Notes: generated by a model from the letters alone, not told the origin. Shown: positions 1-12,217, counted from the first letter of the stretch. The stretch is 64,000 nucleotides of DNA from Octopus sinensis (GCF_006345805.1 NC_043003.1:95294001-95358000); one strand, 5' to 3'. A program made the numbers and translations.

Positions 1-1
1 C

Positions 2-166
2 TACAGGCTGGAATGGTCAATTTTGTCGGTGGCCCTCCCATTTGATAGGGGCAGAAGGCAGTGCAACCTTTGTGTCTCCGAACTCTTCCATATTTTGTTT
101 GCCAGAGGCCGGATGGTAAACGGACTTTTACAGTCGGCTTTTCGATGCCCCCATTGGCGGCGTTAA
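2..166 (+). pseudogene. C-terminal end of Penelope-like element GIY-YIG endonuclease (runs off left edge)
   Basis: Frame from nt 2 reads YRLEWSILSVALPFDRGRRQCNLCVSELFHILFARGRMVNGLLQSAFRCPHWRR*. This matches the PLE EN tail pattern W.IL..A.P(Y/F)...C.LC..E...IL...(L)N......C.H. A hammerhead follows downstream on the same strand. Confidence 0.6.
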
Positions 167-789
167 ACTTATCTGGCTTTTAAATAGCGTTTATAAATAA
201 TACCGGTACCCATAGCCCTTGGTAACAAATTCTGAAATAGCCTTTAAGATATTCACGATTAACCACTGCAAGGGGAATTACTCCTGTAAGATAAACGGGG
301 CTTGGTTTTTTGACAACGGGGGGTTTCCTTGACAAGGCAGGCTCAGACGAACACACACACACATAAAACATAATATATATTTTTTTCCTTCCACCCAACG
401 GTTCTTACGGCAGTAGCCATTGTGGAGAGTGGCTTAGCCACTGACAGCCGAGCGATCAAACGCACACACGTACACAAAAAATGCTTTCTACCCCTACGTC
501 AGCACACACATATATAGAACAGTATACACACACATGTCTCTAAGTAGATTTTTTCTCGCCCCTTATAAAACATCCAATATTCCTTAAATAGTCAGAACTT
601 TATTCTCGGTCACAAAGAACATCTACACAACCTCACCCACATGATTGACCGCTGCCTGACCTGTTAAATTCTTCAGCCACCGGTTCTCAACATACACTGA
701 TAAACAGTTTTGCCATGGGCTCTTAGGAGCTTAGTTCGATTTGTTTTGCTCCGCTTCTGTTCTGTTTTTGTTTTTTCCAACGGATTTCC

Positions 790-882
790 TATTTCTTCCT
801 GAAGAGAAAGACACGATATGGTCTCATTATTCAATCGGATTTTGGTAAATTGTGCCTTTCGAAACACGTGTAGAATGAAATA
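790..882 (+). ncRNA. Type I hammerhead ribozyme in PLE pseudo-LTR
   Basis: Stem I TATTTCTTC(790-798)/GAA-T-GAAATA(873-882). Core CTGAAGA 799-805. Stem II GAAAG(806-810)/CTTTC(856-860), extended by CAC/GTG. GAAA 861-864. Palindromic stem III ACACGTGT 864-871. GUA cleavage triplet ends at A872, with AATAAA just downstream. Confidence 0.75.
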
Positions 883-1088
883 AAACGATTTCTGTTCAAT
901 CTTCGTTCAGCTCCATTTCTTCAATTCACCAATAATATTTTAATTTCAATTATCCGCACCAACGCACGGTTGCAACACCATATGGTTGTACCTCCAACCG
1001 TGCTGTTTTCTGCTGTGATTTTTGCTACCAAGGTATCGGTTAAACTTTTGATTAATCTGCTACAAGATTATTCATCTTTCTATTTCAC

Positions 1089-1091
<3 letters not shown>

Positions 1092-1142
<51 letters not shown>

Positions 1143-1186
1143 TGTATGTATGTATGGATGTATGTATGTATGTATGCATGCATGTA
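1092..1186. repeat. (TA)n-(TATG)n microsatellite
   Basis: Direct inspection. Confidence 0.95.
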
Positions 1187-1264
1187 TACAAACACTCATA
1201 CTCAACGATAAATTGTGTGGGCAAACAAAAATATGAAATACTGCCTAGTGGTTTTTTTTTATTT

Positions 1265-1580
1265 TGATAAGCCTGGTACTTATTCTATCAGTTTCTTCTT
1301 GTGAAACCAGTAAGTTATGGGGATGTAAATAAACGAACACCGTTTGTGAGGCAGTGATGAGGGAGAAATACAATGACACACACACACAGACTGACATATA
1401 TACATAAATATATATACGATTGATTTCTTTCAGTTTCTGTCTACAAAATCCACTGACAAGGCTTTCGTTAATCTGAGGCTATAGCAGAAGACACATGCCA
1501 AGTCACCACACAGTGGGACTGAACCCAGGACCATGTGTTTTGGAACGAAGTTTGTTACCACACAGCCACACCTGCACCTA
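1265..1580 (-). mobile_element. SINE family B (tRNA-derived, CORE-like CCTTGGGCAAGTGTCTT), diverged
   Basis: Reverse complement of the family B consensus seen intact at 14600-14765 and 31487-31890. Confidence 0.8.
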
Positions 1581-1673
1581 TGTATTTGTGTGTGTGTGAG
1601 TGTGCATGTGTGTATGGGTGTATATATGTATGCATGTATATATGTGAATATATGTGTACATATTACATGTACA

Positions 1674-1733
<60 letters not shown>

Positions 1734-2099
1734 TCTACACATATACATGTATACATATACATCTATATGTATAAAAATAAATGTATACATATACAGCTAT
1801 ACACACACACACACAGGTGTAGCTGTGTGGTAACAAACTTTGTTCCAAAATACATGGTCCTGGGTTTAAATTTAAAATAATAAGGGTGAGAAATTGAATA
1901 TTAATTTGATTAATATGAATTGAAAACCAGTGGTGTTGCATATAAGACCATAGCGGATCTTCTTCTAGCAAAATGGATGTCCACTGTTAATGGTTCATCC
2001 CTCTTATATAATAGTTTCAGTATTAAAGTGAAAGTATCTGACATTACAATAGAGAGATATTTTTGTTTCACTTTTAACCCGTAATACTGAAATATGATA

Positions 2100-2291
2100 T
2101 TGCTGTGGGCTCGCCTAGGCAAGAAGTTAGAAATTTTTTGCCCATGACACTCCCTGGACCCTAAGTAAGGCATATGTAAAATTTGAATGAAATTGGTTGT
2201 GCAGTTCTCAAGTTTTAGGGATTCACACAGACAGACAGACAGACAGTCAGACAGACAGACAGACACACATTCTCAGTTTTATATATACAGA
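2100..2291 (+). mobile_element. Helentron/Lep1-like non-autonomous element 3' part
   Basis: AAATTTGAATGAAATTGGTTGTGCAGTTCTCAAGTTTT, then (CAGA)n, then TTTTATATATACAGAT. This layout resembles DINE-1/Lep1-type elements (from memory). Confidence 0.4.
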
Positions 2292-2294
2292 TAT

Positions 2295-3690
2295 AAGCAC
2301 TGGGGTCGGTATAATCGACTTAATCCGTTTGTCTGTCCTTGTTTGTCCTCTCTGTGTTTAGCCCCTTGTGGGTAATAAAGAAATAGGTATTTCGTTTGCC
2401 GCTACGTTCTGAGTTCAAATTCTGCCGAGGTCGACTTTGCCTTTCATCCTTTCGGGGTCGATTAAATAAGTACCAGTTACGCACTGGGGTCGATGAAATC
2501 GATTTAATCCCTTTATCTGTCCTTGTTTGCCCCCTCTGTGTTTATCCCTCTGTGGGCATTAAAGAAATAAATATGAATTGCTCAGGCGGTGAGCTGGCTG
2601 AAGCGTTAGCACGCCGGGCGAAATGCTTAGCCGTATTTCGTCTGCCGTTACGTTCTGAGTTCAAATTCCGCCGAGGTCAACTTTGCTTTTCATCCTTTCG
2701 GGGTCGATCAAATAAGTACCAGTTACGCACTGAGGTCGATATAATCGACTTAATCCGTTTGTCTGTCCTTGTTTGTCCCCTCTGTGTGTAGCCCCTTGTG
2801 GGCAGTAAAGAAATAGGTATTTCGTCTGCCGTTACCTTCTGAGTTCAAATTCCGCCAAGATCGACTTTGGCTTTCATCCTTTTGGGGTCGATAAATTAGG
2901 TACCAGTTGCGTACTAGGGTCGATCTAATCGACTGGTTCTCTCTCACCAAAATTATTTCGGACCTTGTGCCTTTTGTAAAAAAGAGTATTATCAATCACT
3001 CAAGGCGGCGAGCTGGCAGAAACGTTTGCACGCCGGGCGAAATGCTTAGCGGTATTTCGTCTGCGTTACGTTGTGAGTTCAAATTCCGCCGAGGTCGACT
3101 TTACCTGTCATCCTTTCGGGGTCGATATATTGTGTACAAGTCGCGTACTGGGGTCGATCTAATCGGCTTGCCCCCTCCCCAAAAATTTCGGCCTTGTGCC
3201 TAGAATAGAAAAGAATATAAATTGCTCAAAGGCGGTGAGCTAGCAGAATCGTTAGTACGCCGGGTAAAATGCTTAGTGATATTTAGTCCGTCTTTACGTT
3301 CTGAGTTCAAATTCCGCCGAAATCGGCTTTGCCTTTCATCCTTTCGGGGGATGGTAAAATATGTACAAGATGAGCAGTGGGGCGATGCAATCGATTAACC
3401 CCCTCCCTCGAACTTGCTGGCCTTGTACCAAAATTTGAAACCAATACTATGAATGGCTCAAAGACGGCGAGCTGATAGAATCATAATTGCCTCGGATAAA
3501 ATGTTTAGCGGTATTTCTTACAACTTTCCGTTCTGAGTTCAAATTCTTCCGAGGATTTGTCCAAATTCCGACTTTGGATTCATCCTTTCGGGGCCGGAAA
3601 GATAAGTACCAGTTGAGCACTGAGGCTGATGTAATTGACTAGACTCCTCCCCCAACATCTCAGGATTTGTTCCTTGAGTAGAAAGGAATG
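2295..3690 (+). mobile_element. Cluster of about 6 head-to-tail SINE family A copies
   Basis: Repeated GGCGGTGAGCTGGCAGAA...GTTCTGAGTTCAAATTCCGCCGAGGTCGACTTTGCCTTTCATCCTTTCGGGGTCGATAAA. A/B-box-like head, and a central domain resembling the Meta/Sauria-type SINE core. Confidence 0.9.
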
Positions 3691-3944
3691 TTAGGGATTG
3701 CTCAGCAGAAAAAAAAACAAAACAAAGAATCTGTTTGTTATATGAAAATTTTGGCATTGAGTGTATATAACATAAGTAAGTAGGAAACAGGAAGTAAGGC
3801 CCCTCTTGGCGCGGTACCCAATTTGAACAAATCAGTTGGATTGGCTAAAACCGACCCTGTTTATGTGTATGGTCAAATGAAGATGCTAAATAAAATTCCA
3901 ATAAATAAATATCAATTAATTCATTATTTTACTTGTAAATTATT

Positions 3945-4165
3945 ATAAAAACGTTTCAGAAAAGTTTCTGGCTTTAAGGGTATCGTGAAAGGTTTGGTTG
4001 AAGGCCCAAACTTCCGAAATTTTTTTCAGAGCTTAGAAAAACTGAAGGACAGTTACAATAAGTGTATGAATATGAGAGGGGAATATATTGAATAAAATCA
4101 TAATTAGCTGATCCTCCTGTGTTTTCATTTACCCAAAGCTAGGAACTTTTCAGCAACACCTCGTA
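3945..4165 (+). mobile_element. Internally deleted mariner (MITE-like)
   Basis: Degenerate TIRs CAGAAAAGTTTCTGGCTTT / AAAGCTAGGAACTTTTCAGCAACACCTCGTA. Contains a decayed transposase C-terminus (EKL..R.NKC....GEYIE*). Confidence 0.65.
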
Positions 4166-4599
4166 TGTCAGAGCGGCTACCTAGGCATTGAATGAAGCAA
4201 ACAATCTAGATAAGAACAGAGGTAGGTATTGTTTTATGAATAACAGTAGTTGTGCATATAAACCAAGCATTCATTGTCAGCTTTATAGATGTTTTATGTC
4301 TTCTATGGATCCTAAAGAGTAGCTATCAAGTGTCAAAGGAGAAGGATGCAGATGCATTCATGATCGGAAAAACAAGCTATAGTCCAATATTGGTTTAGAA
4401 CATTTAAATCAATGAGGAAATATCCAATTACATTTTACGTTGAGAACAAAGCAATGACGCTAACTTGTATGATTACAAAAGGATTGGAGTAACAGTTGGT
4501 CGAAGAGAGCAGGTGATGTAATGAAGCGATTGCAGCCGAAGACAGGCACTCGATATCACCTATATATAGTTGTTTGTCTAGCACGAAAACAAATTAATA

Positions 4600-4722
4600 A
4601 TAATAGTAGTAATAATAATAATAACAACAGCAACAATAACTAAGATGATGATGACGACGACGACGACCATGATGATGATGATGAAACAAATACAATATAA
4701 AATTGTCCCAACTTTATAGACG

Positions 4723-4759
<37 letters not shown>

Positions 4760-4990
4760 GTCCATCACGATCATTGTAATCGTCATCCTCAATATCATCA
4801 TCGTCGTTGTCATGTTGTTGATGTTGTCCTCCTTTTCCTCCTCCTCCTCCTCCTCCTCCTCATCATCATCATGTTCATAAGCATCATCATCAGTATCAGT
4901 AGCAGCAGCAGCAGCAGCATCTTCCTCGTCCCAATCACCGTCAACTTCGACATCATCGTTATCATCATCATTATATTAATTACTATCATC
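4600..4990. repeat. Trinucleotide low-complexity tract (AAT, GAT, CTC, CAT, AGC)
   Basis: Direct inspection. Confidence 0.9.
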
Positions 4991-5039
4991 ATTTTTAGCT
5001 ATGTTACTTGCTATGTGTATTCGCAATCTCATATATATA

Positions 5040-5895
5040 ATCCAATTTTTCACGCTCCACAGATCCGGTCGCTTTCGCCGAATGTCCTGCCTCAGGCGCT
5101 TCAAAACTTCGCAGTAGAACTCTCGATTGACGGTCTGGTTCTGGGGGGCCGAATTCTCGATGCACAACAACGCAGATGTCGAACAAAAAACGATGAGCAT
5201 GCTCTTGATTGAGCTGGGGTTCTGTCGTTCCTTGCTCGGTCGTGGTGAAGAAGACCTCTTCCATTGTGACGACTGCTGTTTCGTCTCAGTGTCGAACACG
5301 TCGGCCCAATTCGTCACCGGTGATGATCCTCGATGTGAAGGATGCGTCATCAGCAGCACGCTGACAGAGATCTTGATAGAACTCAAAGCGGTGTTCTTTC
5401 TGCTCAGTGTTCGCTGAGACATGCTGGCAGAGACATGCGACATGTTCAGATCAGACATTAGGACTGCCTGCACGGACCAACAATATCAGTAATGTCGTTG
5501 ACTGTCCTCTGTCGATCCATATGCACAAGCTGATGAAATTTCTCCACATTTGCGGGGGTGATGCTCGTGGCAGGGTTTTCAGATTGCTCTTCATCTTCCT
5601 TCCGCTTTTGAAGCACCCGTGCCACTCGAAACATTTTGTACGACCCCACTGCACCATCGCTGTAAGCTTGCCGAAGCATGCTCGATGTCTCTGTAGCAGA
5701 CTCACCAAGTTTAACGTAAAATTTCACGTTGGCTCTTTGTTCCATGACAAAAATCGCAGAATACAGCATACACGTGATCACAAAAATACAAATTTCACAG
5801 CTTGCAAAATAAATACAGCGATGTCACTCGGCACACTGCCTCATGAAGGTCACTGCTACACGCAACTGTTCGCTGTTATCTGTTGGCGCGCCACA
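5040..5895 (-). pseudogene. Mariner transposase pseudogene, 3'-truncated
   Basis: MEQRANVKFYVKLGESATETSSMLRQAY (HTH); DTETKQQSSQWK..SPRP.K.RQ..S.IKSMLIVF; TVNREFYCEVLKRLRQDIRRKRPDLW. Multiple frameshifts. Confidence 0.9.
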
Positions 5896-6235
5896 GAATT
5901 AAGTTAAGTTAATTTTTGGGCTTAAAAAGCAAAAAGCAAGGCCATGTAGGGGGACATGGAATTATGTACAGGGGTGTTCATGCAAAGAGTTCAGGCCATT
6001 TCTGGTCAAGAGAGACTTTGAATCGAGCGGTCGTCGGCATCTTCACTATCTCGTCCGGCAGTTTATTCCACGGATCCGCAACCCGGACGAAGAAAGCCCC
6101 TCTCCTTCGATTGAGATGAAATCGTCGTAGATAGAGCTTTTCGGAGTGACCCCGCAGCCTACGCTCTGGAGCAGGAGTGAAGAACAGTTCTTTCGAGAGG
6201 TTACACTTTCCGCTTAGTCGGGGAACTTTTTGATA
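5896..6235 (-). mobile_element. CR1/L2-clade LINE 3' end
   Basis: RLRGHSEKLYLRRFHLNRRRGAFFVRVADPWNKLPDEIVKMPTTARFKVSLD is a typical CR1/L2 ORF2 tail. The 3' UTR ends in (AACTT)n. Confidence 0.8.
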
Positions 6236-6289
6236 CTCCTCGCACACACACACACGCACATGCACACACACACACACTCACATACACAC

Positions 6290-6480
6290 ATAGTCAATTC
6301 AAATATACAAGCAATTCAAATAAACGAATAAAAACGAAAAAAAAAAGAACAATGAACGCATGGAAGTGCACAAGAAGTGTATTAGCTGCACGCTCGGTGA
6401 AAGGAGAGAGATTAAACGTTTTCGAGCATAGATGGATGAGAAGGAAAGGTAAAATTTCAAAGAAGAGGAAATCGCCAACG
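6290..6480 (-). mobile_element. Decayed PLE pseudo-LTR-like cassette
   Basis: Shares GTATTAG.T..ACGCTCGG.GAAA and TTTCGAGC with the 24915-25100 cassette. The hammerhead core is destroyed (CTCATCC...GCTCGAAAACGTT). Adjacent to (TA)n. Confidence 0.45.
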
Positions 6481-6490
6481 CATACGTGTA

Positions 6491-6597
<107 letters not shown>

Positions 6598-6637
6598 GTA
6601 TATGTATGTGTGTGTGTGTGTGTGTGTGCGTGCGCGC

Positions 6638-6766
6638 GTAGGCGCGTGGCTTAGTGGTTAGGGTGTCAGCATCATGATCGTAAGATTGTGGTTTCGATTC
6701 CTGGACCGGGCGACGCGTTGTGTTCTTGAGCAAAACACTTCATTTCACGTTGCTCCAGTCCACTCA
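6638..6766 (+). mobile_element. SINE family C head
   Basis: A box TGGCTTAGTGG and B box GGTTTCGATTCC, then TTGAGCAAAACACTTCATTTCACGTTGCTCCAGTCCACTCA. Confidence 0.85.
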
Positions 6767-6866
6767 NNNNNNNNNNNNNNNNNNNNNNNNNNNNNNNNNN
6801 NNNNNNNNNNNNNNNNNNNNNNNNNNNNNNNNNNNNNNNNNNNNNNNNNNNNNNNNNNNNNNNNNN
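6767..6866. other. Assembly gap (100 N)
   Basis: Run of exactly 100 N. Confidence 0.99.
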
Positions 6867-7022
6867 GGCAAAACAGTCCGACAGAATAAGTACTAGACTT
6901 AGAAAGAATAAGTCCCAAGGTCGATTTGTTCGACTAAAGACGTTGCTCGAGCATGGCCGGAGTCAAATGACTGAAACAAATAAAAGAATATATATATATA
7001 TATAATATATATATTAATATAT

Positions 7023-7089
<67 letters not shown>

Positions 7090-7102
<13 letters not shown>

Positions 7103-7480
7103 GGTCCCGGGTTGATTCGGGGTTAACCACAGTAAATAAGGTACTCAATACATAGCAGAGTAAAATTATTTTATATAGAAGGAGCTTCTACAGGACTAGA
7201 ACTGTTTCATTCAAGAGAATCTTCAGGAAGCTAGTTAACAAGAATGTATTGGCATTTATACATTTAGGCAGGTTTAAAGGGGTGGTGGTGGGGGACTTTT
7301 TGGGGTAGGCATAAGCGCAAAATATCATACTTGGGGGAGTGGTCAAGGAGTCAGTGTTAAATTAGATAAAAGAATAAATAAAAAAAATAAAACAATAAAA
7401 AAATATAAAAAAATATATATAAAAAAAAGAGAATAGAGTTTTAGGTAAATAAGGAGATTCTCACTTATACCTATGCACAT
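7090..7480 (-). mobile_element. PLE pseudo-LTR-like cassette abutting (TA)n
   Basis: Minus strand reads TATAAAT, then a hammerhead, then an A/T-rich signal, and ends in (TA)n. Confidence 0.55.
7183..7232 (-). ncRNA. Type I hammerhead ribozyme
   Basis: Minus strand: AGCTTC-CTGAAGA-TTC(TCTT)GAA-T-GAA-ACAG(TTCTAGTC)CTGT-A-GAAGCT. 6-bp stem I, canonical core, 3-bp stem II, 4-bp stem III, GUA triplet. Confidence 0.75.
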
Positions 7481-7837
7481 ATGTATACATATATACACAC
7501 ACATACAAACATATATACATATACATACACACATACATACACACACACACATATACATATATATACACTTACACATACATTACACTATCTACACATACAC
7601 ATAAATGTAACATACACACACTCACATGCATACACGTACACACACACATGTATAATATACACACACGACCACACATACATATACACACAGAAAAATATCT
7701 ATACACATACACACACATACACACATACACGCAACACACACATACCACACACACACATGCACACACAGCACCACTAGTCCTATATACACATATATAACAC
7801 ATACACCACATATATATACACATACATATACATACAT

Positions 7838-7873
<36 letters not shown>

Positions 7874-8276
7874 CATATGTGTACCTATACATACCTACAC
7901 ATACACACATATATATACAAATACAGACCCATTCCCTAATTTTAATTTTATTGTCTTCATTTATTACTTTTGTTATCTTTGACCGCTGGTCACAAACATC
8001 TTGGCTATGACAGCCAGTCCGTTTATCTGTCTACTTGAAAACAAGCACTCATTCACTCACGCACACTCTTTAGCACGTACACTCACTCATTCGTACACTC
8101 ATACACATACACGCACGCACGCGTTATATTCATACATACATACATCTACATACATTTACGTATATACACATACGTACGCGTACCTACAGATTCATGTCTA
8201 CACTCTTAGAAGGCTAGTCTATACATATACACCAATAAATATATATACACACACATACATATACACCTACATACAA

Positions 8277-8321
<45 letters not shown>

Positions 8322-8326
8322 CATAT

Positions 8327-8367
<41 letters not shown>

Positions 8368-8384
8368 TATACATATATATATAT

Positions 8385-8540
8385 ACAAGGTGCCACGCAG
8401 TGGGACTGAACCCGGAACCATGTGGTTGGTAAGCAAGCTACTTACTACACAGCCACTCCTGCATATGTATATATACAAGTTGTTCAATAATGCCCGAAAC
8501 ATATGTACCGCAAAATCTTTTGCGCCCTGTTTTTCTTTTG

Positions 8541-8584
<44 letters not shown>

Positions 8585-8735
8585 GAAACGACGGGCTTCA
8601 TTCAGTTTCCGTCTTCCAAATCCACTCACAAGACCTTGGTCAACCGGTGCTATAGCGGGGTGTCACATAGTAGGGCTGAACGCAGAGCCATGTGGTTAGG
8701 AAGCAAGTTTCTTACCAGACAGCCACACCTGCGCA
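8385..8735 (-). mobile_element. Two SINE B head fragments
   Basis: GTGCCACGCAGTGGGACTGAACCCGGAACCATGTGG and ACGGGCTTCATTCAGTTTCCGTC match family B in reverse. Confidence 0.8.
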
Positions 8736-8902
8736 AATACACACACACCACACACACACACACACACACAGAGGGAAAAGCAAGTGACAAAAGAGACACG
8801 TACTAAAATATACTTGCAGTCACATTGACATAACAATTCATATCACAGTAGCACACGTCTGGTTCAGAAAGTGGGAGAGTAAGAACGATAAAAAGATAGA
8901 GC

Positions 8903-8936
<34 letters not shown>

Positions 8937-8983
8937 GCTAATGACAGTGGGACAGACATTGATAGTGGCGTCTGAGAGGAAAA

Positions 8984-9063
8984 ATGGAAAGTAATATAGA
9001 AGAAAATCAAACGAACCTGGAAGAATGTAACTCAGCTCTACGCAGTGAGAAAAGAGAAACCAA
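8984..9063 (+). CDS. Candidate first coding exon (MESNIEENQTNLEECNSALRSEKRET)
   Basis: ATG in AAAAATGG context with an in-frame upstream TGA. 80 nt open, ending at a strong donor AA|GTGAGT (phase 2), with (GA)n upstream. Linkage to the downstream exons is unproven. Confidence 0.35.
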
Positions 9064-9193
9064 GTGAGTGATTTTGTAATACAATTATATAAAACATTGG
9101 TGTGTTGTGATTATGTCAGTTATAACTTGAGAATAAATACATAAACATCACTACACAACACGCACAGACAGATACACACACACACACCACACC

Positions 9194-9266
<73 letters not shown>

Positions 9267-9359
9267 TATACATATGTATGTATATATATATGTTGTATTT
9301 TTCTACATACCTTAATATTAATATATATATATATATATATAATATATATATATATACAC

Positions 9360-9757
9360 TCCTTTACTCTTTTACTTGTATTCAGTCATTTGACTGCGGC
9401 CATGCTGGAGCACCGCCTTTAATCGAGCAACTCGACCCCGGGACTTATTCTTTTGTAAGCCCAGTACTTATTCTATCGGTCTCTTTTGCCGAACCGCTAA
9501 GTGACGGGGACATAAACACACCAGCATCGGTTGTCAAGCAATGTTCGGGGACAAACACAGACACACAAACACACATACGCATACACACATATATATATAT
9601 ACATATATACGACGGGCTTCTTTCAATTTCCGTCTACCAAATCCACTCACAAGGCTTTGGTCGGCCCGAGGCTATAGTAGAAGACACTTACCCAAGGTAC
9701 CACGCAGTGGGACTGAACCCGGAACCATGCGGTTGGTAGACAGCTACTTACCACACA
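9360..9757 (-). mobile_element. SINE family B, near full length
   Basis: Full composite consensus in reverse complement. Confidence 0.9.
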
Positions 9758-9767
9758 TATACATATG

Positions 9768-9818
<51 letters not shown>

Positions 9819-10019
9819 ATGTATATACATACACACACACAAGCACAGACATCATTACATATTCATACATACATGCATATATAGATGTGTGGGTGTGTGT
9901 GTGTGCGCGCGCGTATAATGACTATAAGCAGGTGATATGTAGTTAAATAGGTAAACAGACAAATAGATACATTGACTAATTGATTAATTGAATTAGTTGA
10001 TTGAGTGACTGGTAAGTGC

Positions 10020-10319
10020 TCATACATACATACATACATACATACATACATACATACATACATACATACATACATACATACATACATACATACATACATA
10101 CATACATACATACATACATACATACATACATGTTCTTTTTCTACGCTAGGCACAAAGCTCAAAGTTTTGGAGAAGGGCGCCAGTCGATTAGATCGACACC
10201 AGTACGCAACTGGAACTTAGTTTATTGACCTCGAAAGGATGAAAGGCAAAGTCGACCTCAGGGGAATTTGAACTCAGAACGTAAAGACAGACGAAATACC
10301 GCTAAGCATTTCGCTAAGC

Positions 10320-10390
<71 letters not shown>

Positions 10391-10507
10391 GTATATATAT
10401 ATATATAATGTATATATATATATAGTATATATATATATATTATATATATATATAGATATATATATATGTATATATATGTATATATATATATATATATTAT
10501 ATATATG

Positions 10508-10540
<33 letters not shown>

Positions 10541-10541
10541 G

Positions 10542-10578
<37 letters not shown>

Positions 10579-10579
10579 G

Positions 10580-10617
<38 letters not shown>

Positions 10618-10621
10618 ATAT

Positions 10622-10710
<89 letters not shown>
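10020..10710. repeat. (TACA)n tract, SINE A (minus, 10135-10320) and long imperfect (TA)n field
   Basis: Direct inspection. GGATGAAAGGCAAAGTCGACCTC is the reverse of the family A core. Confidence 0.9.
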
Positions 10711-10711
<1 letters not shown>

Positions 10712-11118
10712 TGTGTGTGTTTGTGTGTCTGTGTTTGTCCCCCTAGCATTGCTTGACAATCGATGCTGGTGTGTTTATGTCCCTGCAACTCGACCCCCGG
10801 ACTTATTCTTTTGTAAGCCCAGTACTTATTCTATCGGTATCTTTTGCCGAACCGCTAGGTAACGGGGACATAAACACACCAGCATCGGTTGTCAAGCAAT
10901 GCTAGGGGGACAAACACAGACACACAAACACGCACGTGCATATATATATATATACGACGGGCTTCTTTCAGTTTCCGTCTACCAAATCCACTCACAAGAC
11001 TTTGGTCGGCCCGAGGCTATAGTAGAAGACACTTGCCCAAGGTGCCACGCAGTGGGACTGAACCCGGAACCATGTGCTTGGTAAACGAGCTACTTACCAC
11101 ACAGCCACTCCTGCACCT
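10712..11118 (-). mobile_element. SINE B with inverted duplication of its internal segment
   Basis: 10712-10790 is the reverse complement of about 10866-10935. Confidence 0.85.
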
Positions 11119-11349
11119 ATTGTTGCTCTAGTATGTATGTATGCATGTACAAAATATACCATTGGTGACGGGAAAATCTGTAACGACGCTATTGTTCACG
11201 ATTTGCCATATGAAATAACAAAAAAAATATATAAATGCGTATATATGTGTGGGTTTTAAAAGTGTGTATATTTATGTATATATGTATGTGTGAAACTTTG
11301 AACGCATATCTGTATGTATGTATGTATGTATGTATGTATGTATCTATGT

Positions 11350-11635
11350 ATGTGCCTTGGTACTTAGGGTATTCGGCTTACGATGATAGCGTCATGAGTT
11401 CAATATCTGGCAGCGTGTTATTTCAGTCCACTCAGCTGGCAAAAATGAGTCGTACCTGTAACGCAAAAAGGCCAGCTTTGTCACATTCTGTGTCACACTG
11501 AATCTCTCTTAGAACTACGTTAAGGATACGCGTGTCTGCGGAATACTCAGCCACTTGCACGTTAATTTCACGAGCAGGCTGTTCCTTTGATTGGATCAAT
11601 TGGATCAATTATCTCCGTTACTGATGGAGTGTTAA
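11350..11635 (+). mobile_element. SINE family C, diverged
   Basis: CAGTCCACTCAGCTGGCAAAAATGAGT and GCACGTTAATTTCACGAGCAGGCTGTTCC match family C. Confidence 0.75.
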
Positions 11636-11660
11636 TTTTGTGTATGTATGTATGTATGTA

Positions 11661-11697
<37 letters not shown>

Positions 11698-11851
11698 ATG
11701 TATGTATGTATGTATGTATGTATGTATGTATGTATGTATGTTATTATTCGGTTTTATTTCAAGATTTTTTACCAATAGAGAAAGAGCCGGTTTCTAAGCT
11801 AAATCCAAGGCTCTTTCATTAAAATTTCAACATAATAGGGTATGTATGTGT

Positions 11852-12190
11852 GAAGGCGCATGGCTCAGTGGTTGAAGCGTCGAGCTTACGATCGTGAGGT
11901 TGTGTGTTCGATTCCCGGACCGGGCTGCGTGTTGTGTTCTTGTGCAAGACACTTTATTTCACGTTGCTCCAGTTCACTCAGCTGTAGAAATGAGTTACGA
12001 TGTCAGTGGTGTCAAGCTCTATCGGCCTTTGCCTTTCCTTTGGATAACACTGGTGGTGTGGAGAGCGGAGGTTGGTACGCATGGGTGACTGCTGGTCTTT
12101 CGTAAACAATCTTGCCTGGACTTGTGCCTCGGAGAGTAACTTCGTAGGTGCAATCCCATGGTCATTCATGACTGAAGAAGGGCCCCTTCT
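11852..12190 (+). mobile_element. SINE family C, subfamily with alternative 3' half
   Basis: tRNA-like head GGCGCATGGCTCAGTGG...GTTCGATTCCC. Near-identical to 13219-13553 and 58340-58672. Confidence 0.9.
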
Positions 12191-12217
12191 TTATGTATGT
12201 ATGTATGTATGTATGTA

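Noticed and set aside
4703-5212. 169-aa ORF
   Set aside because: Low-complexity trinucleotide tract joined to the antisense strand of a mariner.
6638-6990. SINE C head to SINE B tail chimera
   Set aside because: The join spans a 100-N assembly gap.
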